Positions 58,944 through 64,000 of a DNA stretch of 64,000 nt are shown here, one piece after another. Both the position numbers and the translations under genes were made by a program. Source of the DNA: Pyrodictiaceae archaeon (GTDB lineage Archaea; Thermoproteota; Thermoprotei_A; Sulfolobales; Pyrodictiaceae); the NCBI GenBank assembly GCA_027036135.1, contig JALVSY010000016.1, forward strand, positions 128,001 to 192,000. The letters run 5' to 3'. Numbering within the stretch: the stretch's first letter is position 1; each line of letters begins with the position of its first letter. The notes under the pieces were generated by a model. It worked only from the letters and a program-made list of their open reading frames with translations, searched no databases and had not been told where the DNA came from.

Positions 58944-59345
58944 TTAGACGCGGCGTCCTCTTCTACCGCCTGGCCTTCTCGTAGTATCGTGCGGCAGCGG
59001 TGTTACATCTTCTATTCTTCCTATTATGAATCCTGCACGTGCAAGCGCCCTTATTGCTGCCTGTGCACCTGGACCCGGCGTCTTTGGGCCGTGACCACCA
59101 GGTGCTCTGACCTTTATGTGAAGAGCGACTATGCCTTTCTCCATTGCCTCTTGCGCGACACGGCTTGCTGCGAGCATAGCGGCGTAGGGGCTTGGCTTCT
59201 CTCTATCGGCTTTTACCACCATGCCTCCGCTGGCGCGTGCAACTGTCTCTGCACCAGTTAGGTCGGTTATGTGGATTATTGTGTTGTTATAGCTCGAGTA
59301 GATGTGCGCAACTCCCCATTTTATCTCACGAGCCGAGAACGCCAT
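58944..59345 (-). CDS. rps11: 30S ribosomal protein S11
   Basis: [26 protein letters not shown]. Confidence 0.97.
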   Translation of the reverse strand: MAFSAREIKWGVAHIYSSYNNTIIHITDLTGAETVARASGGMVVKADREKPSPYAAMLAASRVAQEAMEKGIVALHIKVRAPGGHGPKTPGPGAQAAIRALARAGFIIGRIEDVTPLPHDTTRRPGGRRGRRV

Positions 59346-59366
59346 GCAGGCTCACCTCTCATGGAG

Positions 59367-59909
59367 CTAGCCTTGCTCCGGAGCTTGTTGCTCGGAAGTA
59401 GTTGTCTCGGATTCCGTGAGACGCGCTCTTAGTGGACTAGTAGGTGCATAATCTATCAAGTCTTCTTCATGTCTTTTGACAAGGTAGCCTGGGCTACGTA
59501 TCCGTCTCCCAGCTATCGCTATGTGGCCATGTACTATTAGTTGACGGGCCTCGTAGATTGAGCGGGCAAGTCCTTTGCGGTAAACTATTGTTTGTAATCT
59601 TCTCTCGAGGAAGTGCTCAGCTGTTAGGCCTAGGACATCGTCTAGGGTTGCATTCTCGGAGAGGACTCCTAGCTCGTGAAGCTTAGCTAGGAGGAATTTT
59701 GCTTGTTTCTCCCTAGCCTCGGGTGAGAGAGCTAGTAGGCGACGGGCACGGTGCCTAAAGTAGCGTGCAAGAGTCTCTAGTTTCCAGAGCTCCCTCTTGT
59801 TGCGAAGCCCGTACTTGCCTACTAATTCTATCTCTTTTACTAGGCGCTCCTTTATCCATGGATGCTTGGGGCCAACCCACGTCTTTCGAGGCTTCTTGGG
59901 ATCACCCAC
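59367..59909 (-). CDS. rps4: 30S ribosomal protein S4
   Basis: MGDPKKPR, YGLRNKRE, ERRLQT, HGHI. Confidence 0.97.
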   Translation of the reverse strand: MGDPKKPRKTWVGPKHPWIKERLVKEIELVGKYGLRNKRELWKLETLARYFRHRARRLLALSPEAREKQAKFLLAKLHELGVLSENATLDDVLGLTAEHFLERRLQTIVYRKGLARSIYEARQLIVHGHIAIAGRRIRSPGYLVKRHEEDLIDYAPTSPLRARLTESETTTSEQQAPEQG

Positions 59910-59928
59910 AGCTTATCACCTACTCCTC

Positions 59929-60402
59929 TTATCTCCTTCTCTTCACTCCTATCGTCATACCCAGGCGGCCGGTTGTGGCTGTTCTCTGGCCACGTACCTT
60001 GAGGCCTAGTGCGTGGCGTATACCTCTCCAGCTCTTTATTCTCTTCTCCCTCTCTATGTCGCGGCGCACATAGTATATAAGATCGGCTCCTATTAGGTGT
60101 AGGTCCTTGCCAGTCTCGTAGTCCTTCCTCCTATTAAGCATCCATGCAGGAACGCCGACAGCAAGAGGGTTTGAGAGAGCACTCTCTATTTTCTCTACCT
60201 CAGCATCTGTTAGGAATCCTATGCGCTTGTTCGGATCTATTCCCAGTAAGCGGCAGAGAGTAAGGGCTAGGTTTACCCCAACACCCTTAATGAGGGCCAG
60301 GCCATATGGAACCTTTAAATCACCGGGTATATCTGTGCCCGCAATCCTAACAATATACCTGTATTGCTGCTCGCTCAGCCCGTACCACCTCGCTACCCAC
60401 AT
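59929..60402 (-). CDS. rps13: 30S ribosomal protein S13 (start ATG 60402 or CTG 60378)
   Basis: IKGVG, NRRKD, RHALGLKVRGQRT. Confidence 0.97.
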   Translation of the reverse strand: MWVARWYGLSEQQYRYIVRIAGTDIPGDLKVPYGLALIKGVGVNLALTLCRLLGIDPNKRIGFLTDAEVEKIESALSNPLAVGVPAWMLNRRKDYETGKDLHLIGADLIYYVRRDIEREKRIKSWRGIRHALGLKVRGQRTATTGRLGMTIGVKRRR

Positions 60403-60439
60403 CCCGCGGAGAAGCCTATGCAGACCCCCTCTATAAGTG

Positions 60440-60514
60440 AAGCTGCTCAGCCGCCACGGTAGGCGTCAATGCCCCCTAGGGGCTCGAATGGGCAAGTCCT
60501 CATCACAGCAGCTT
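60440..60514 (-). ncRNA. C/D-box double-guide sRNA, likely targeting 16S rRNA helix 18 (530-loop region)
   Basis: AAGCTGCT-GTGATGA-GGACTTGCCCAT-TCGA-hairpin-ATTGACG-CCTACCGTGGCGG-CTGA-GCAGCTT; guides complement the recalled 16S sequences GGGCAAGUCU and CCGCCGCGGUA. Confidence 0.85.
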
Positions 60515-60625
60515 TATTCCTACCTATAATAGTGTTTCCCCGCCATTCTTAGATATACTCTTCTTGCATTGCACCCTCTCTGAATGAGAGAATAGGAGAA
60601 GAACGAGTTTGATATATGCATGCTC

Positions 60626-60700
60626 TGGTGCCGCCGCGGGGATTCGAACCCCGGACCGCCCGGTCTTCAGCCGGGCGCTCTCCCGCTGAGCTACGGCGGC
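60626..60700 (-). tRNA. tRNA-Phe(GAA), CCA encoded
   Basis: GCCGCCG...CCCGG-CT-GAA-GA-CCGGG...GGTTCGAATCC...CGGCGGC-ACCA. Confidence 0.97.
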
Positions 60701-60887
60701 ACCCGTGAAGATTACAGCGATATAGGTCCCCCTTCTTAAGACTTGCCGCTTACAAGACCATACTGGTCTCAGCTTTTCCGGCTATCTTCATCCCGTTGGG
60801 GATGGTCAAGAGACCCTCTTCTCAGCACCACCAAGGCAAATATACCCCTGGGAGGGGAGTATAAGACTTCGTAATTGGGCTTGAGGA

Positions 60888-60966
60888 GCGGCGGTCGTCT
60901 AGCCTGGACTAGGACGCCGGCCTTCCAAGCCGGTGATCCCGGGTTCAAATCCCGGCCGCCGCACCA
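60888..60966 (+). tRNA. tRNA-Gly(TCC), CCA encoded
   Basis: GCGGCGG...CCGGC-CT-TCC-AA-GCCGG...GGTTCAAATCC...CCGCCGC-ACCA. Confidence 0.97.
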
Positions 60967-61524
60967 ATTCCACATACCTTACAGGGACCTTCTCCTGCAA
61001 TTCATACAACTCCTACGTTTCATACATCACATTAAGCTGTGAAACACAAGTATACGAATCCATCCAGAGTATTAGGGTATTAGAAGAGCCCCGTGTTGGC
61101 CTGGTACTCTCAGTCGGACTCAAACATGTTAGACCATAAAACGGGTCTGCGTATTCTGCGCTTACCCTTAGAAGTATGGGAAGCGGGCTATTATGAGGGC
61201 TCTCAGTGTTATAACGTATCACGCTCTGGCATTGTTTGAGCGGCAGCAGGATACCTGGCGACAGCCTCCTACACTATTCTCCGGAAGGTTAGTTTCATGT
61301 CCCGAGTTCAAGCAGCTAATAGCAGCCACCAAAAGGCTGCGAGCGCTAAGCATACTTTAAGATAACGACATCATAGACTATGGCCCAGCTCTAAAGGTGC
61401 TGACAATCGCCAAGCAAGACGAGCATTCAGAACAAGTGCTATCACACTTCGTGGTGTGAGAGTTCCGTAAAGATCTTAAAGAAGATGTTAGGCATAAGCT
61501 TTTGCAGGCATTAGGCTTGAGTAG

Positions 61525-61665
61525 AGCTGGGACTTCGGACACTACCTATCTGAGAGGAGGAAGAAGTCCAGAAAGGGTGTTGTGAAGAAGCAAATCACGT
61601 ACTACCACAACCTGCTCGAATAATATCTCGAAGACAGAAAGCTTGCGAAGAGTCTGGTGGAATAG
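61525..61665 (+). pseudogene. Possible remnant of an SSV-type tyrosine integrase
   Basis: SWDFGHYLSERRKKSRKGVVKKQITYYHNLLE*YLEDRK resembles the F..yL......t...Y...L..yL core-binding-domain pattern; in-frame stops. Confidence 0.3.
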
Positions 61666-61739
61666 CAGTTACTACCGCAGCTTGTAGGAGGACCGGAAGC
61701 CATCTTAAACAGATACACTCCACTTGAAAAACCTAGAGC

Positions 61740-62385
61740 TGCTATCTGAGCCATGCTTTTCTTTAAGAGTGCAAGAGTAAACTCTTTCTTTGCTCTTGAT
61801 GCTGTCTGGGTAATAATTTGCCCGTCTCTATGTTATTTCAAAAGGTTTTCTAGCTTATTAAGTTATGTCAAAACTCTTTCAAAACATCTAATGGTTTCTT
61901 CATAAACAACATGGTTTTATATACGCTCTATTTATTGAAGTATTTAGCTGCATAGAAACAGCTCTCGGCAATGTATTCCTCACAAGAATGTATGTCTTAA
62001 ACTATTTTATTCTAATTCAGCCTCTAGCCATCTTACATATCTTTGTTTTAAATATTGTCTAAGATTTACTAATATTCTTAATTAACTGTTTGATTAAAGT
62101 AGCTATTCTATGAACGCTTATTCTATTCCTGATGATACATGTATAGATGTATTCCATTAATCCATCATAGTCAAGTCCTAGTTTTCAAGTAAGTGGACAC
62201 ATGCATATAATCGCTACTATATCTCATAGTAATGTTTTTATCTAGCTAAATATTTCTTCATTAAAATTACTGATTTCTTTGTTATCAATGTTATGTTGAA
62301 TACTAAAAATGATTTTGGAGAAGTTTCCTAATTCATTAATACATGCTTCGCAGCTGCTCAATGCCCTCTTTTCTTTGATTTTATT
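61740..62385 (-). pseudogene. AT-rich decayed gene with several in-frame stops
   Basis: Protein-like frames, e.g. NKIKEKRALSSCEACINELGNF...EEIFS*IKTLL*DIVAII...*KLGLDYDGLMEYIY and VVYEETIRCFERVLT*LNKLENLLK*. Confidence 0.45.
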
Positions 62386-62690
62386 CTACATGTTCTATGT
62401 ATCATACTTTTCTACATCAGGCCAGGATTAAGTACCAGCATTAGGTGAACTGGAGTTCCTAGCAGAAACATATCAGGATTTGAAATTTGAGGCGGGAATG
62501 AGAGAACTATCATTAGGCCTAAGACTTCATAGGGGGAAACTAGTGCCGAGTTGAATCTTCGCAGGCATATAAGCTAAAAACAAAGTGTCACATAGCACTA
62601 GAGTTGTGTGAAAGAGGCAAAGAATGATAATAGGCATGGGTTCAAAGTTCAAAATACATTATCAAGATTAATTGATGTGCCGGCACCCCA

Positions 62691-64000
62691 TTAAGCATCA
62701 AACACCTTCTGGTTACTCCTCGTTAGCCAATATGTTAGCTTAATTTTCTCCAAGCCAAGCGTCATAAGTGAGGATCTATCTTCCATAAATCGATTTATAC
62801 AAATAAGCTTTAGATGAATATCACGTAGTACTTGTGGGCTTAATTCCCTGGCTCTCGAAAGAGTGTTGCGGGCTTCTTCTAATACATGACGCAGCCCAGC
62901 CAAGTACGGGTTGGGGCATCTATAGTGTTGAGGTTGGGGACTACAATGGAGCCTCAGAATGAAATCGTATATATCCTCTCTCCGGAGCCTAAGAGCTAGC
63001 GATCCTCTCGGTTCCCCGGATGACAAGCCGCGACGGGCATATCTAGGGCCTATCGGGATGGCATCAGGGTCAAAACGCTCTAATTCGAGGCTATTTATTA
63101 CACAGTCCAGGCTACTAAGTTCTCTAATTGTATTATCGAGGGTCTCCGCGGCATATTTCGTATTCAAAGTATAGAGAGCTCTGGCGGCATCCCCTAGCAT
63201 CGACCTAATCCTCTCAAGTACTGTAGGCAAGGCACTTACTATTCTATTAAGGCATTTTGAGGAGAGCGTAGTCGCAATATAGTAATATATTTTATAGAAG
63301 TTAAGGAGACTTAGGTCCTCTCCACTTAGGACATCATCTATGTAAAGAAGCATAATACTTGTATTAACGTCCCTCCCAGCAAGACTATATTCTGTTACAA
63401 ATGTTACTATCCCGTTCAAACAAGACTTGGGCTCAAGCTCGTCTGTATTAATGCCCATAAGCGCTAAATCGTTAACATTAATATTGACATCTCTTATAAC
63501 TCTTGGAAGTGTTAAGTCATCATATATATAAGGAGTAAAGCCTGAAGGAACTAGTATGTCAGCTTTGAAAACTGTGATAGTACGTGGCCTAATACTGGTA
63601 TTTCCGAAAGGAAGCTCTACTCTTACACCAGTCCAGCTAGATTGCCTTGAGGTAGTTCGGACCTTTAGACAGATAAGGCCTTGATGCAGCGATATAAATA
63701 TCAGTTTATGTTTTACCTCATTATATTCAACTGTACCTCCATCAAGGAGTGAGGCCAGGGCATACCTAAAGTTCCGGTAGTGTGGCGGCGGCTGTGTAGC
63801 CGCTTGAAGGAGGGCACGGCTTGAAATTCTCTGTGTTTTCGTGCTAGTTTCACGGGCAATTATAGTGTTCGTTAGCGGAGTATATTCGCCGTTTATTTCG
63901 ATAATCTTATCTGTGAGAACTTTTTCGGCAAGAACGGATCGAAGCATATCGTGTTGCTGCCAGCCGATTATATAGGTTTGCATATAGGGTATCTGCATCT
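62691..64000 (-). CDS. Hypothetical protein, probably the C-terminal part of a gene starting beyond the window
   Basis: Open frame of at least 435 codons reaching the window edge; no confident family. Confidence 0.65.
   Translation of the reverse strand, partial: MQIPYMQTYIIGWQQHDMLRSVLAEKVLTDKIIEINGEYTPLTNTIIARETSTKTQRISSRALLQAATQPPPHYRNFRYALASLLDGGTVEYNEVKHKLIFISLHQGLICLKVRTTSRQSSWTGVRVELPFGNTSIRPRTITVFKADILVPSGFTPYIYDDLTLPRVIRDVNINVNDLALMGINTDELEPKSCLNGIVTFVTEYSLAGRDVNTSIMLLYIDDVLSGEDLSLLNFYKIYYYIATTLSSKCLNRIVSALPTVLERIRSMLGDAARALYTLNTKYAAETLDNTIRELSSLDCVINSLELERFDPDAIPIGPRYARRGLSSGEPRGSLALRLRREDIYDFILRLHCSPQPQHYRCPNPYLAGLRHVLEEARNTLSRARELSPQVLRDIHLKLICINRFMEDRSSLMTLGLEKIKLTYWLTRSNQKVFDA

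Larger units (their letters stand above)
60967..64000. mobile_element. Left part of a probable genomic island / decayed integrated element at tRNA-Gly
   Basis: Gene density collapses right after the tRNA 3' end; marked AT enrichment (~61800-62400), pseudogene-like frames and an unrecognised ORF. Confidence 0.55.

Noticed and set aside
60769-60975. ORF MWNWCGGRDLNPG resembling integrase att peptides
   Set aside because: This is only the antisense translation of tRNA-Gly, with a stop two codons upstream
1-64000. CRISPR arrays, IS elements, rRNA genes, tRNA introns
   Set aside because: No regularly spaced repeats, transposase ORFs or rRNA sequence seen; both tRNAs are intronless

Overview
Core-genome segment of a hyperthermophilic crenarchaeon. 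Gene content and order (L40e, L37ae, exosome, Pcc1, Fni/Ipk/IdsA, S4-S11-RpoD) point to Thermoprotei, most plausibly Desulfurococcales/Pyrodictiaceae; this is inference only. The window holds the exosome/proteasome/RNase P superoperon, split by an ~18 kb block. That block carries a guide-sRNA cluster, thiI, a ThiF/MoeB enzyme and riboflavin genes, and the riboflavin genes are themselves interrupted by a 12-gene group 4 [NiFe]-hydrogenase with a complete complex-I-like membrane arm (NuoA/H/J/K/L/N/M). Also present: two HerA-family ATPases (one fused to a SWIM-type Zn finger, one convergent with a NurA nuclease, no mre11/rad50 nearby), the rps13-rps4-rps11-rpoD-...-rps2 cluster, isoprenoid-lipid genes, gltX, tRNA-Phe and tRNA-Gly. 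An AT-rich, partly decayed island begins at the 3' end of tRNA-Gly. Features absent from the ORF track that I read from the sequence: a truncated HemN-like radical SAM gene, rpl40e, five candidate C/D-box sRNAs, a candidate H/ACA RNA, structured leaders of rpl7ae and rps2, and likely non-canonical starts (ATA for gltX, CTG for rps13). All family calls come from motif recognition by eye; no database searches were run.
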